A DNA stretch of 64,000 bases from Cyanobacteria bacterium J06626_4 (GCA_038523235.1 JBCBJQ010000002.1:1-64000), one strand, 5' to 3'; counted from the stretch's first letter, positions 9,652 to 20,611 are shown. The notes: a model not told the origin generated them from the sequence alone. A program made the numbers and translations.

Positions 9652-12600
9652 CTACGCAAACACGCTGTTGTCTAACCCTGTGACCCCTTGCACAACGCCG
9701 ATTAGCTCATTGCTCGCGGTCAGCATCAGGGTGTCGCTACTCAGCTCAAAGAATTTGACGCCCTCAGGGGTGAGGCCGCCGAGGCTAACCTGATCGATAC
9801 CCACCTCAAAGTCAGTGATGGTATCGACGCCTTGGGCGAGGGCAAAGACAAACTGGTCGGCCCCCGCCCCGCCGGTATAGGTATCGTCACCGGCCAGGCC
9901 ATCGATGAAGTCATCGCCGTCGGTACCCGTGAGCAGATCGGCTCCGTCGGTACCGGTTAAGGCAGGCGCTTCGGCACCAAAATTACTCCCGTCAACCGTG
10001 TCAGCCTGAACGTTTTGCAAGATGGCCAGCACGTCCTCGGTATCGGTGAGAGAGATCACCGTATCGTCACCCGCTTGGGCAATGGTGACATCGCTGAAGC
10101 CGATCGCTGCCGAAAAGTCAGGTTTGAAGCCGGCCAGTTCAAAGCGATCGCTGTCATCAAAATTGGTGATGGTAACAATGCCCTCGCCAGGTGCCAGGAT
10201 GAAGGTGTCACTGCCGCTGCCGGTGGTCACCGTGGTTTGGCCAATCGATATCAGGAAACCGTTCTCGGCCAAAATCGTGTGGACAGTATTATCCCCATCG
10301 CCCAAGTCCAGAGTATTGTTTCCGGCTCCTGCATGGGCGAAGTCATCGCCGCTGCCCGCCGTGATGACATCATCGCCAGCACCGGAGGTCACGTGATTAT
10401 CACCTTCGCCAACCTCAGCCATCAGGTCGCCCTGAACCAGATTTACGGTGTCATCGCCTGCCCCGCCGGTCACAGTGGATGAGCCGTCGCTGGCAGCCAC
10501 GAAGTTAGTCCCTTCACCAAGATCAACCACGCCGCTGCCAATGCTGAGGATATCGTCCCCATCTCCAGCTTCGATGGTGTGGTTGAGACCTCGGGCAGTG
10601 ACCGTATCGTTGCCCTCGCCCAGCACAAAGGTGTTGTTATCGCCACTGACGACATAAAGGTCATCCTCTGCCGTGCCCTCAAAGGTCTGGTCACCGCCAG
10701 GGTCAGGGATATCGACATCGGCAGCGACTTCGACCTTGCCAAAAACGCCGTCACCAGCATCATCGCCGAGATCATTCCCTGCCGCAAAGTACAAATCGTT
10801 GGTCTCGCCCAGGCTGCCACCGTTGCCAAAGGTCAAGCCCCAGAGGCCGTCGATCACGATCGCGTCGCCGTTGCCATCACGCAGGTAATCCACCGCCGTA
10901 CGCGTCTCGGGGTCAAAGGCCACAATGGTGCCATCGCCAAAGTTAGAGACCAGCAGCATATTGCTGTATTCCCCAAAGTTGTCGGGGGCCATCACAAATC
11001 CCCACGGGGCATCCAGTAGGTCGCCGCCGTCCCAGGTGGTGATCAGGTTGCCGTCGAGGTCAAACTCGGCAATGCCCCCCAGCCCCTCTTCGACGATTTC
11101 ATCTCCCGGTATCTCAGGATTCGGCGCGGCGTAGGCGACCAGTAGCGAATCGTCAATCAGCTGAATGTTGTATTCGGCGTACCCTTCAGCCGTAAAGGGA
11201 TTGTCAAACGCAAAGTCGCTGGTAATTTCATTGAACTCACCGTCATAGACTTCAATCTCGGGCGTAGCGCCGAAATCAGCTACGTAGAGGCGATTGTCGC
11301 TCTCAAAGTTGGTAATGGCGACCCCGTAGTAGATGGAGTCGAGAAATTTCTCGACCACCAATTCAGAAACCAGTGGCCGGTCGATGGTGCCATCGTCATT
11401 GGCCCGCTCAGTCCAGCCGGAGATGCCGCCGTCAGTCGCCACAAAGATAAACTTGCTGGGGGCGGTGATGTCGCCGTTGGGATGCTCTTGAGTAACGACA
11501 AAATCGCTGGTGCCGTTGAAGACCTGCCCGGTGGGTCCGGAAATGCCAAAGATATTATTGGCGGTCGGCGTCACATCAACAATTTTCAGGTCATCCTGAT
11601 AGATCGGTACCCCACCGACATCGCCCACGTATTCGGTGCTGGTGCCGGTACCGCTAGCGCTAATCCAAAAGTGGCCGCCCAGTCCGGCAGGGCGAATGGC
11701 AATACCCCATCCCAGGCTGAGATAGGGGTCGAGCAGCAGTGGATCGTATTGGGCTTCATTGGCTGCCAGGTTGGTGACGACGTAGCCAGCGGTCTCGTCT
11801 GTGGCTGTCGAGAAAGTCGCTTCATAGGCACCGGGTTCGGCGACATCCGCGATCGTCCAGCCGCTACCGCTGCCGATGACCGTTGGGTCATAGTCGTCAT
11901 TGCCCAAAACGCTGATACCAGCGTAGTAAGTGCCAGCGGTTTCAGCGGTAAAGGTGAGGGTCGCTTCGCCTTCGCCAGGGATAATCGCGTCCAAGGTCTC
12001 CACTTGACCCACCGTATCCAGTTCGCTGCCGTCGGCATCAAAAATCCGCAGTACGGGCTGAAGCAGGGATGCGGAACCATCCGGCGCGATCGCATCTACC
12101 CCAACAGTGATGGCCTCTCCCGCCGCCAGCTCAAAGGCGTAAAGATCCACGTCTTCTGAGATATCAATAGGCGGCTCAGAGCTGAGGAAATCAAACGTAA
12201 ATTTGGCTTCTCCAGAAATGACAACGGGGTTGCCGGGGGTGGGGGCCACTGCGATCGCGGTCTCCAGCGTATCGTTGCTTTCTACCTCGACGGGCGCGGC
12301 CTGCACCTCAGCAGGCGTATCGGCAATTTGCAAACTCCCGCCCGCGGCCACCGGTGAGATTTGGTAGGCTGCGCTGGGATTGAGGGTAAAGGTAGCGGTT
12401 TCAATCCCTTCGGAGACGTCATCAGCTGCTACCGGCAGGCTAATCGTGGCCGTGGCCGCCGTCATCGTAAAAATCAGCTGCGGGGGATCGCTGTCCGCCA
12501 CCATGATTTCTCCGGTGATTCCCGTCGTTTCCAGACTGGTCAGGTCAAAGTCCTCTAACCCAGTGGCGAGCACCGAGACCTCCACGCCTTCGGGCGGCGG

Positions 12601-14196
12601 CGTGGTGCTGAGGTTAAAGGTATGAACCGAGACCGTTGCTTCCGTTTCTACCAGAATATCGGGGGCCACACTCAAACTTAGCTGGGGCAAAGACTCAGCC
12701 GTATCGGCAGTCGTCACCACCACCGAACTGGCGGCGGGATCAAGCTGGTAGCCCACACTCTCTTCGATAAAAAGCCGGAATTCTTGAATCCCTTCTTCGA
12801 TGGCATCGGGGAACGCCGATATCGTAATGGTGGCGGTTTGTTCCGTGATGTTGAAATAAAACCCGCTGGCCGTAAAGTTCGGCGAAGGGAAGGGGCCGCC
12901 TGTCACTTCGGCATTGAAAATATCAAACTGACCCAAGCCTTGAAAGACACTGCCCTCTACGGCACCCTCGGGAACAGTGGGTTCGGTGTTGACATAAACG
13001 ATAATCCCGCCTGCAGGTGGGGGTTCACTGAGGGTAAAGGTTAACGTGGTAGCGTTACCGTCGGCTTCAATCAGGGCCGATTCGCTGACGGTCAGGCTCA
13101 CTTCTAGATCAGAGACCGTGGGGGGCACGTCAGCAGCCGTATCGTAGACCGTAATGGTGGAAGCGGCGGCATCAGGATTGACGGTAATCCCAGGATTTTC
13201 TTCTAGAGTGAAGGTGATCTGCTCGGGGCCATCGGTTTCTGGCTCAGGCTTATCCAATAGGGTGAGATTGAGCAGGGCATTGGGTGCGGTCAGATTCAAC
13301 AACAGACCAGTGGGCTTCCCGTCATCATTCAAGATGGGACCCAGAATTTGGCCGCCGCGAATAAAGGGTTCAAAGGTAAAGAGGTAATCGGTTAAATCGA
13401 TCCCAGTATCGACCACCACCTCAACGCCCGACCCGATATTCCCCTCAGTGGCCAAAATCAGGGTGATGGCGGCCCCTCCCAAACCGTCCGCAGGAGACAG
13501 CCCTAAATCGCTCACGGTCTCAACCACCGCCGGGGCAATCAGCGACTCATCGAGGGCATAGGTGCCGGCGACCGTCCTTAAAGAAACTTGGGGCGGCGCA
13601 TCAGAGGCCGGATTGTCTGGCACTGGGTTGACGGGCGCTGGGGCGGGTGTGGCCGCGTTGACCCGCTCAAAGCCTAAGGTGTAGTCGCCAAAGCCATTGA
13701 AGTTAAACGCTTCAAAGGTGACGCCGCTACCAGATCCTGCCGTAAACGGATCGTAAGCCAGATTAAAGTAGGCACTAACCCCAGCGTAGTAGGTGCCCGC
13801 TTCGGTCGCGGTGTACTCAACATAGGGCAGAAAAGAGGTGAAGGCGTCATTGGGGCCTGGATCGGTGAAAATGCCGGTGGCCAGGTTATTCCCGGCGCTG
13901 TCAAACAGAATCAGCTCCGCCAACTGCACCGGCATGGTGGCTCCAGCACCATCGAGATCAAGCCGGATCGTATCGCCTGCGGCTAGATCAAAGGCATACA
14001 GGTCAACGTCTTCGCTAGCATCGACGTCGCGGTTGTTGTCAAAGTCAAAGTTAATGCTACCACTCGCGATCGCGCGGGGCGTTTCAGTCGTGAGCACAAC
14101 AGGGATCGCGGTATCAATCGTGTCGTTGGCTTCAGTTTCGATGAGGTCGACAGCGGTTGAGTTGAGGGTATTCGTGGCGGTCGTGGTAGATTCCAT
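9652..14196 (-). CDS. Secreted PPC/Calx-beta-like protein with a TIGR03118-like domain and RTX tail (G2)
   Basis: YVVTNL...WGIA...FWIS..GTG...PTGQVFNG...APWG...NFGDGTI.AFD...GLWGLTFGNG...LYFAAG; many GxGxD repeats; shared tail. Start set at MESTT. Confidence 0.82.
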   Translation of the reverse strand: MESTTTATNTLNSTAVDLIETEANDTIDTAIPVVLTTETPRAIASGSINFDFDNNRDVDASEDVDLYAFDLAAGDTIRLDLDGAGATMPVQLAELILFDSAGNNLATGIFTDPGPNDAFTSFLPYVEYTATEAGTYYAGVSAYFNLAYDPFTAGSGSGVTFEAFNFNGFGDYTLGFERVNAATPAPAPVNPVPDNPASDAPPQVSLRTVAGTYALDESLIAPAVVETVSDLGLSPADGLGGAAITLILATEGNIGSGVEVVVDTGIDLTDYLFTFEPFIRGGQILGPILNDDGKPTGLLLNLTAPNALLNLTLLDKPEPETDGPEQITFTLEENPGITVNPDAAASTITVYDTAADVPPTVSDLEVSLTVSESALIEADGNATTLTFTLSEPPPAGGIIVYVNTEPTVPEGAVEGSVFQGLGQFDIFNAEVTGGPFPSPNFTASGFYFNITEQTATITISAFPDAIEEGIQEFRLFIEESVGYQLDPAASSVVVTTADTAESLPQLSLSVAPDILVETEATVSVHTFNLSTTPPPEGVEVSVLATGLEDFDLTSLETTGITGEIMVADSDPPQLIFTMTAATATISLPVAADDVSEGIETATFTLNPSAAYQISPVAAGGSLQIADTPAEVQAAPVEVESNDTLETAIAVAPTPGNPVVISGEAKFTFDFLSSEPPIDISEDVDLYAFELAAGEAITVGVDAIAPDGSASLLQPVLRIFDADGSELDTVGQVETLDAIIPGEGEATLTFTAETAGTYYAGISVLGNDDYDPTVIGSGSGWTIADVAEPGAYEATFSTATDETAGYVVTNLAANEAQYDPLLLDPYLSLGWGIAIRPAGLGGHFWISASGTGTSTEYVGDVGGVPIYQDDLKIVDVTPTANNIFGISGPTGQVFNGTSDFVVTQEHPNGDITAPSKFIFVATDGGISGWTERANDDGTIDRPLVSELVVEKFLDSIYYGVAITNFESDNRLYVADFGATPEIEVYDGEFNEITSDFAFDNPFTAEGYAEYNIQLIDDSLLVAYAAPNPEIPGDEIVEEGLGGIAEFDLDGNLITTWDGGDLLDAPWGFVMAPDNFGEYSNMLLVSNFGDGTIVAFDPETRTAVDYLRDGNGDAIVIDGLWGLTFGNGGSLGETNDLYFAAGNDLGDDAGDGVFGKVEVAADVDIPDPGGDQTFEGTAEDDLYVVSGDNNTFVLGEGNDTVTARGLNHTIEAGDGDDILSIGSGVVDLGEGTNFVAASDGSSTVTGGAGDDTVNLVQGDLMAEVGEGDNHVTSGAGDDVITAGSGDDFAHAGAGNNTLDLGDGDNTVHTILAENGFLISIGQTTVTTGSGSDTFILAPGEGIVTITNFDDSDRFELAGFKPDFSAAIGFSDVTIAQAGDDTVISLTDTEDVLAILQNVQADTVDGSNFGAEAPALTGTDGADLLTGTDGDDFIDGLAGDDTYTGGAGADQFVFALAQGVDTITDFEVGIDQVSLGGLTPEGVKFFELSSDTLMLTASNELIGVVQGVTGLDNSVFA

Positions 14197-14481
14197 CAAA
14201 CGGATCGTCCTTAAATAAAGGGGGGCAATGATAGTCAGCCAGACAACAGCACCGGACATCCCGGCGATCGCCAGGGCACCTGAAATAATCTGGCAGGTGT
14301 CAGCGATCGCCGGTTGATGTCAGCGTCTAATGCCACCCTGCCAAAGCAGGGCTAGCGTCTCCCAGGCGACCAATACGCGCTGGCAGAAACTGGGCATGAG
14401 TCATGAAGATGGGGGTAAACCTGGGTGGGCGGATGGCGATCTGCCACCCGGCCCCACTGGCAACCAGTGATATTGTCTGAT

Positions 14482-14496
14482 CGAGAAGGATTCTCA
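14482..14496. promoter_or_regulatory. Fur-like box upstream of G2
   Basis: Reverse complement TGAGAATCCTTCTCG. Confidence 0.4.
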
Positions 14497-14719
14497 GCTT
14501 CGGGAAGCTGCAGCTCCTTTTGTAAATGGCAAAGATACCTTTAGTGGCAGCTAACTACCTGACTGCTGGCACGAATAGTACCTTGTCTCGAAAGCCAGAA
14601 GGATCGCGATCGCGGCTTTTTTGATCACTCTAGCGACAATTCTGCTTCCTTTGGATGACCGGCGATTGCTGCCCCGTTTTGTTGCCCTAATCTTGAGGAG
14701 ACAGACTCAAAGCCTCACC

Positions 14720-14778
14720 AAAAAATCCGACTGCCTCAAGTGAGCCCAGCCGGATGAATGGTTCAAGTTAGTCTTAGG
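14720..14778 (-). terminator. 3'UTR element E3 (orphan copy downstream of Uma2)
   Basis: AAAAAATCCGACTG..CAGCCGGATGA-ATGGTTCAAGTTAGTCTTAGG. Confidence 0.8.
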
Positions 14779-14999
14779 TGACAGGGAACAGAGAATAGGG
14801 CACAGATGGCACTATTCCCTCATATTGCTGATGGTCGGGGTGGTGAAGGGCGATCGCGGATAGTGGGAACTGCGATCGCGGTTTGGTCGGGTTGGGAGGG
14901 ACGATTGCTCGCCTTTCATCCTGAAGCATTGCCTCAACGCCAGAATAATAGACGCGATCGTCCCGAACCTGGCGTGATTCTATTGCGGGTTTTTGACCC

Positions 15000-15563
15000 C
15001 TACAATTGCAGTAACCCCAACAAATCCATCACAGAATATGTGAGTTCGCTTATAAATGTAGGCAGTGGTAGGATGCCCTCTGGCTCGTCCAATATTTCCA
15101 CTTCTTGTTTAGGACGATAGATAAAAACAGCCCGATCGTCTGGATCAATTAACCATCCCATCTGAGCCCCCTGCTTGAGGCAGCGAAGAATATTCTTCGT
15201 GACGCGGGTGGGACGCTGCCCTGGCGAGAGAATCTCAATCGTCCAATCGGGCACGATGGGAAACTCATTCGCAATTTCCCCATCGTCATCTGTGGGAATC
15301 CGTGACCAGATAAAAACCGCAATATCTGGAACCATCGACACTCCGTCAAACGTGCAGCGCAGTTCCGGAAAGGCACAGGCTATTTTTTGGGTTTCGACTG
15401 CCCCATTAATAACTTTGACAAACTTATCTTGCAATCTACTGTGCTTTCCCTGGGGCATTGGCTTTTGAATAATTTGACCATCCACATATTCGCTGGCAGG
15501 TTGCGTTTCTGGCAGACTCAGGAAAGCCTCTAAAGTGATAGGTTTTGCCGGGGTTTGAACCAT
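15000..15563 (-). CDS. Uma2 (DUF820) PD-(D/E)XK endonuclease-family protein
   Basis: ITLEAFL.LPE..PASEYVDG.IIQKPMP.GKHS, PELRCTF...VPDIAVF, PDWTIEILSP, GWLIDP. Confidence 0.92.
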   Translation of the reverse strand: MVQTPAKPITLEAFLSLPETQPASEYVDGQIIQKPMPQGKHSRLQDKFVKVINGAVETQKIACAFPELRCTFDGVSMVPDIAVFIWSRIPTDDDGEIANEFPIVPDWTIEILSPGQRPTRVTKNILRCLKQGAQMGWLIDPDDRAVFIYRPKQEVEILDEPEGILPLPTFISELTYSVMDLLGLLQL

Positions 15564-15719
15564 GTCGTGCCTACCTTAGATGGAACTATAGGTATCGTAG
15601 CGCTTAACAACATGAGCCTTAATGTTTGATGCTATAGCGCTATGCTGCCTGTTTGAAGTGGTTTGAAGGGGGTGCGATCGCGGATAGCTGGAGCTGCGAT
15701 CGCGGTTGGGGTAGGAGGG

Positions 15720-15751
15720 GCGATGGCGAAGCCACTCCTTTGGAGTATCGC
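15720..15751. repeat. HIP1-split SDR-like repeat, copy 3
   Basis: GCGATGGCGAAGCCACTCCTTTGGAGTATCGC. Confidence 0.7.
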
Positions 15752-15779
15752 CCCATACCTGCCGCCTCCCAAGCCGCAT

Positions 15780-15838
15780 AAAAAATCCGACTGCCTCAAA
15801 TGAGCACAGCCGGATGAATGGTTCAAGTTAGTCTGAGG
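15780..15838 (-). terminator. 3'UTR element E4 (anti-start plus terminator)
   Basis: AAAAAATCCGACTG..CAGCCGGATGA-ATGGTTCAAGTTAGTCTGAGG; downstream of G3. Confidence 0.8.
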
Positions 15839-15895
15839 GCGTTGTATCCTGCCCCGGCCTTTCCCCGCCCCCCCCTGAGAAAGGCCGAGTTTACG

Positions 15896-18800
15896 TTATG
15901 CGAAAACGCTGCTGTCCAGTCCCGTCACCCCCTGCACGACGCCAATCAGTTCGCTACTGGCAGTCAGAACCAAAGTGTCGCTGCTCAGCTCAAAGAACTT
16001 AACGCCCTCGGGGGTGAGGCCACCCAGGCTAATTTGGTCAGTGCCGACCTCAAAGTCAGTGATGGTGTCTACGCCTTGGGCAATGGCAAAGACGAACTGG
16101 TCGGCGCCAGCCCCGCCGGTGTAGGTGTCGTCACCGAGGAGACCGTCGAGCAGGTCATCGCCGTCGGTGCCGATGAGGGTGTCAGCATCATCGGTGCCGG
16201 TGAGGCCACCGCCCGTGCCGCCGCCGTCGCTGCCGGTGAGGGTGGCCGTGAGGTCGTAGTCGCCATAGAAGACGCCCACTTCTGGGAAGGTCCAGCCGCT
16301 ACCGCTGAACTGTGTAAAGGGGTCGTAGTTGCGGTTGCCTAATGCACTCACACCCACGTAGTAAGTGCCCGCAGTTTCGGCAGTGAACTCAATGAACGGA
16401 TCGCGGGAGAAGTCTTCACCAGGGGCTGCGCCGTCATTGTTGGTAGCCAGTTCATTGCCTTCGGCATCGAATAAACGCAGTTCGTGATCGGGTTGCTGAG
16501 GGATGTCTTGGAATTCGGGGAGGATATACACTTCTGGATAAGTGATGAAACTAGCAAAGTCATCACGGCCATCAATATCCAAAGCCACCGTCTGACCTGC
16601 CGCCAGGGTAAACGAGTAGAAATCGACATCTTGGGAAAAGCCAAGCCAATCATTTCCACCAGACTCTCTGTCGAGCCTAGACAGACCGCCGCGAATCGAT
16701 ACCGTAGGGTTAGCCGCACTCAAACCGAGCGAATTTGCTACAGGTAGGGTACTATTGCTCTCAATTTCTTCTGGAGAGCTAGCTTGTCCGAGCGTATCGC
16801 CTAGGAAAAAGTTAACTTCTGCTAATACCTGAGCAGTTTCGTAGCCGTCGCCGGGCGCTACCATAAACGTGGCCGTTTCGCTACCCTCATCAATGCCATC
16901 GTCGAGAATCGGTAAGCGCACAACTGCTTCCCGTTCGGTCAGGGTGACATCCAGCCCGTTTTCCCGCACCGCCGCCAGCGTGCCGCCCTCTACCTCGATG
17001 GCCTCAGTGTCAAAATCGGCGAGAGCATCAGTGCTGAGGCTGACAGTTAAGCCTGCTGCGATTGGTGGCGCACTCAAGCTCAAGTTAATCAGGCCAACGG
17101 TGCCTTCTGACTCGACTAGATCGGTGCTTTCGGCGTCATCAGCAATCGCAGCCGTAGGTGTCACAAAAATCTGGGAGTCGGGATTATCGGCGATGGTCAG
17201 GTTGATTTCACTGGCTTCGGGATCGATGGTGTAATTGAGCTGCGGCTCAAGGGCAAAGGTGAGGTCAAGAATGCCCTCTTGAAAAGAATCCGCCGGAGTG
17301 CCAGGAGAATCAACCGTTAGCTCATCAAACACCGCTAGGGTAATGGTGGCCATTTGTTCAGTGATGTTAAAGAAAAAGCCCGAGCGATCGGCGTTGGGAA
17401 TGGGAAAATCACCGCCAACCACCTCGGCATTCAGCACATCAAACTGACTCAGGACGCTACCAACAGTCGTGTTATCATCGCTATCCAACAGCACCGTCAG
17501 ACCTTCAGCGGGCGGTGGTTCGGACAAAGTAAAGGTCAGCGTGGTTTCAGTTTGTTCGGTTTCGATTAGCTGCGTTTCGCTAATGCTAATGCCCACTTCA
17601 GGAACGGTGCTCCCGCCCCCCGCAGAGGCAGGGACATCTTCTACCGAATCGTAGTAAGTGACTTCTGTTTCTCCAGCATCGGGGGCAATCGCATAGCCCT
17701 CGCCAGGTTGTAAAAAGAAGGTGACGTCCTCGGCACCATCGGTTTCAAGCGGCTCGTACACATCATCTAGGAAAGGCTCTACCCCAAAAAAGTCAACGGC
17801 AAAAGTAGCCCGATTGGCCGCTTCCAGGGTAACGATCATTGTTGGCTGTTCAATCAGGAGCCGAATCCCTGTGGGAATGCCATCCTCGTTGTAAAACGCG
17901 CCTAGTGATTGCCCGCCGATGGTGCTGGGAAGGTTATCCTGTTGCCGAAGCGAAACGTAATCAAACAGATTGGCACTACTGTTAAGGACAAACTCAATGC
18001 CCCCTTCCGGAATGTCGCCCTCCGCTTGAATTGTGAAGTTGACCCTAGAAATACCGTCATCTTCGACAAACTCCACGACTCCCGGAATCAGATTTCCCTC
18101 ACTATCTTCAGTATTGGGATTTGCACTCAAAGATAGGGTCGGGGGATTGGTGACGTTGGGGTTGCTGACGGGGGGTGTCGGCGTTCCCGTTTTACGAGGG
18201 TTATCGGGCGTTAATAAATCAATCTCGACTTCGTAGTTACCAAAGGCGATCTTATTTTCGTTCCCCGAAGCGGGTACTTCAATGCTGTAAGTGGTATCCA
18301 ACCCGCCGTAATCAGGCGTAGCCGATGCGAGGCCAGAAACCCCAATATAGTAGATTCCATCTTCGGGAGCGGTAAATTCGAGGTAGGATTCCGTTTCATC
18401 AAAATTGACCGTGCCATCTTCGTTATAGGCACCTTCCGTTGCATTATCCGTACCGAATAGCTTGTCGGGAGCAGCAGGCGTAAACAGAGACGGATTAGCA
18501 ATCAATCGGTTACCATCCGCGTCAAAGGCTACCAAGCCCGATCCAAAGCCGTAGTTCGCAAAATCAGGTCTGATATTGCCTTCAGCCTCAAAAACTTCAG
18601 CAGCAATGGTGTCTCCTGCACTTAATCCTAACTTGTACAGATCGACATCCTCGTTGTAGTCGGGATAGGTGTAAGTGCCGTCGGGGTTAAGGTAGCGGTT
18701 ACCAATATCAAAGTAAATGGAACTAGCGGTAGAAAAGGAAGGGTTTTCAGGAGTGATCTGCGTATCGACTGCGACGCCGATAATATCGTTGGGTTCGGTC

Positions 18801-19192
18801 ACCACACCGCGTGGAATATCCGCTCGCGTATCCACTAGGTTGAAGGTGCCGCCACTGTAGTCTGAGCTAATTTCGTATCCTTCGCCCGCAGCTAAACTAA
18901 AGGTCGCCGTTTCGCCGGTTTCGGTTTCGCCATCAGCAGCAATGGGTAGATTGACCAGGGTGGTATATTCCGTCATGCGCAGGTCAAACCCACCGTCGCG
19001 CACTGCGACGATCTCGCCACCCTCGACGGACACGCCTGCCAGGTCAAACTCGCTCAGGTTGGGCGCATCGACCGAGACGACTAGACCGCTCTCGGGGATA
19101 ACGCCGCCCGTCGCAAGAAAGGCATGAGCCGAGACGGTGCCTTCGGCTTCAATCAGATAGCCGGGGCCGTTAAAGAGACTGACTTGTAGCAT
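15896..19192 (-). CDS. Secreted PPC/Calx-beta-like protein with RTX tail (G3, 1098 aa)
   Basis: Close paralog of G5 and of G1 from about residue 187 onward; shared tail. Confidence 0.85.
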   Translation of the reverse strand: MLQVSLFNGPGYLIEAEGTVSAHAFLATGGVIPESGLVVSVDAPNLSEFDLAGVSVEGGEIVAVRDGGFDLRMTEYTTLVNLPIAADGETETGETATFSLAAGEGYEISSDYSGGTFNLVDTRADIPRGVVTEPNDIIGVAVDTQITPENPSFSTASSIYFDIGNRYLNPDGTYTYPDYNEDVDLYKLGLSAGDTIAAEVFEAEGNIRPDFANYGFGSGLVAFDADGNRLIANPSLFTPAAPDKLFGTDNATEGAYNEDGTVNFDETESYLEFTAPEDGIYYIGVSGLASATPDYGGLDTTYSIEVPASGNENKIAFGNYEVEIDLLTPDNPRKTGTPTPPVSNPNVTNPPTLSLSANPNTEDSEGNLIPGVVEFVEDDGISRVNFTIQAEGDIPEGGIEFVLNSSANLFDYVSLRQQDNLPSTIGGQSLGAFYNEDGIPTGIRLLIEQPTMIVTLEAANRATFAVDFFGVEPFLDDVYEPLETDGAEDVTFFLQPGEGYAIAPDAGETEVTYYDSVEDVPASAGGGSTVPEVGISISETQLIETEQTETTLTFTLSEPPPAEGLTVLLDSDDNTTVGSVLSQFDVLNAEVVGGDFPIPNADRSGFFFNITEQMATITLAVFDELTVDSPGTPADSFQEGILDLTFALEPQLNYTIDPEASEINLTIADNPDSQIFVTPTAAIADDAESTDLVESEGTVGLINLSLSAPPIAAGLTVSLSTDALADFDTEAIEVEGGTLAAVRENGLDVTLTEREAVVRLPILDDGIDEGSETATFMVAPGDGYETAQVLAEVNFFLGDTLGQASSPEEIESNSTLPVANSLGLSAANPTVSIRGGLSRLDRESGGNDWLGFSQDVDFYSFTLAAGQTVALDIDGRDDFASFITYPEVYILPEFQDIPQQPDHELRLFDAEGNELATNNDGAAPGEDFSRDPFIEFTAETAGTYYVGVSALGNRNYDPFTQFSGSGWTFPEVGVFYGDYDLTATLTGSDGGGTGGGLTGTDDADTLIGTDGDDLLDGLLGDDTYTGGAGADQFVFAIAQGVDTITDFEVGTDQISLGGLTPEGVKFFELSSDTLVLTASSELIGVVQGVTGLDSSVFA

Positions 19193-19461
19193 GAGCTTAA
19201 ATTTTCTCCTGGAGTGATGTTCAGATTGATTGCAGTCAGTAAGTAGCGAATGGAGCAGGACGCAGCCTTGAGTCGCACCAACTCAGAAAGCTAGCGCAGG
19301 CTATGCCTATTGATTGCAGCGTCAAACAGGGCCGTCTAATCGGTGATGTTAGAAGCTAGAGAACTCCCCGAACACACGCAAAACAAAGAGGTTGCAAAAA
19401 GCTGGCAGGAGTTTTTTCTAGCAGGGCTCTGCGGTGGATTGCATAATCTCTAAGCAACTAT

Positions 19462-19476
19462 TGAGAATGAAACTCA
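19462..19476. promoter_or_regulatory. Fur-like box in the divergent G3/AraC promoter
   Basis: TGAGAATGAAACTCA, identical at 33558-33572. Confidence 0.6.
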
Positions 19477-19524
19477 GTAATCACGCTAGGGTGACCATAC
19501 TATGGATTACTATGCGGAAGGCGC

Positions 19525-19566
19525 AAAACGCCGTTTCGGAAAAGAAAAAACACCGTCCTAGAAAAA
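19525..19566. promoter_or_regulatory. Imperfect direct repeat (21-22 bp period), putative AraC operator
   Basis: AAAACGCCGTTTCGGAAAA / AAAACACCGTCCTAGAAAA; conserved at about 33621-33662. Confidence 0.45.
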
Positions 19567-19577
19567 CCTTCAGCATT

Positions 19578-20591
19578 ATGACTGTTTCCCTAACCTGGCG
19601 AGAATATCGTGAGCAATTCAAAGCGTCAGACCAGGAGGAACTGCATTTTGATGCCACTGATAAAAAGGATAGTACTCGGCGTTACCTGGGACGATTTATT
19701 GAGGGATGGCTGCGATGGATTTGTTTGCGTGAGGGAATAGTGTTGCTGATTGAGAAAACACAAAATCACGATCGGCTTCTATTAGAGCTCCCTGATGAGG
19801 TACGGCTATTGACGTGGCATTTTGTCCTTTTCGGGAAACAGAAAACTGTAAACTTTACTTCTGGTAGAGAAGTCAGTTTCTCGATTGATAAAGGAAATTT
19901 TTTTCTTCACGGCAGCGGTCTCCTTGACCGATATACCGACGATTTTACGGATACAGGACCTTTCCTTTTCGTGACGATTTTTGTTCAGCCAAAAGTGCTA
20001 CGTTCCTTCGTCAGCGATTCATCGGAAGAATTGCCGCAAGTCCTTAAGCATTTGATTAGACCGAGCGAGAGCGCTTGCTACAAGCGTGTTGGCGAGACAT
20101 CACCGATGATGAACGCCTTGCTACAGCAAATCCTCCAGTGCCCTTATAAAGGGCTGACCAAGCGGATGTATTTAGAAAGCAAGGCGATAGAACTGCTGGC
20201 ATTGCTAATTGAGGAAGAAGCCGAGATCCACCACGGCAACGCTCAAGCCGCTTTACTCGATCTCGACTACCGCGATCGCATTCATTACGCCCAAGAAATC
20301 TTGACCAAAAACTTGACTAACCCACCGTCACTGATGGAGTTAGCGCGTCAAGTCGGAATGTGTGACTACAATCTCAAACGGGGCTTCAAAGAGGTCTTTA
20401 ATACCACCGTATTTGGCTATTTGCGCGATCGCCGTTTAGAGAGAGCCCAGCAGTTGCTATTAGAACCATGGATGACGGTGGCTGAGGCAGCGCGTACTGT
20501 CGGTTATGATAGCCACGCTTCTTTTACCACGGCCTTCAAAAAAAAGTACGGCGTGAATCCAAAGGCGTATCAGGTGTCAGCCCGAAAGTAA
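19578..20591 (+). CDS. AraC-family regulator (PchR-like), divergent from G3
   Basis: QILQCPYKG..KRMYLESK, PPSLMELARQVG, C-terminal double HTH; start MTVSLTW aligned with 34110. Confidence 0.92.
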   Translation: MTVSLTWREYREQFKASDQEELHFDATDKKDSTRRYLGRFIEGWLRWICLREGIVLLIEKTQNHDRLLLELPDEVRLLTWHFVLFGKQKTVNFTSGREVSFSIDKGNFFLHGSGLLDRYTDDFTDTGPFLFVTIFVQPKVLRSFVSDSSEELPQVLKHLIRPSESACYKRVGETSPMMNALLQQILQCPYKGLTKRMYLESKAIELLALLIEEEAEIHHGNAQAALLDLDYRDRIHYAQEILTKNLTNPPSLMELARQVGMCDYNLKRGFKEVFNTTVFGYLRDRRLERAQQLLLEPWMTVAEAARTVGYDSHASFTTAFKKKYGVNPKAYQVSARK

Positions 20592-20611
20592 TTACGGGCG
20601 AGGCGGTGTGT

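Noticed and set aside
15555..15563. Uma2 start ATGGTTCAA as a target of the anti-start element
   Set aside because: The match is only 9 nt and MVQT is a common Uma2 start, so it may be coincidence.
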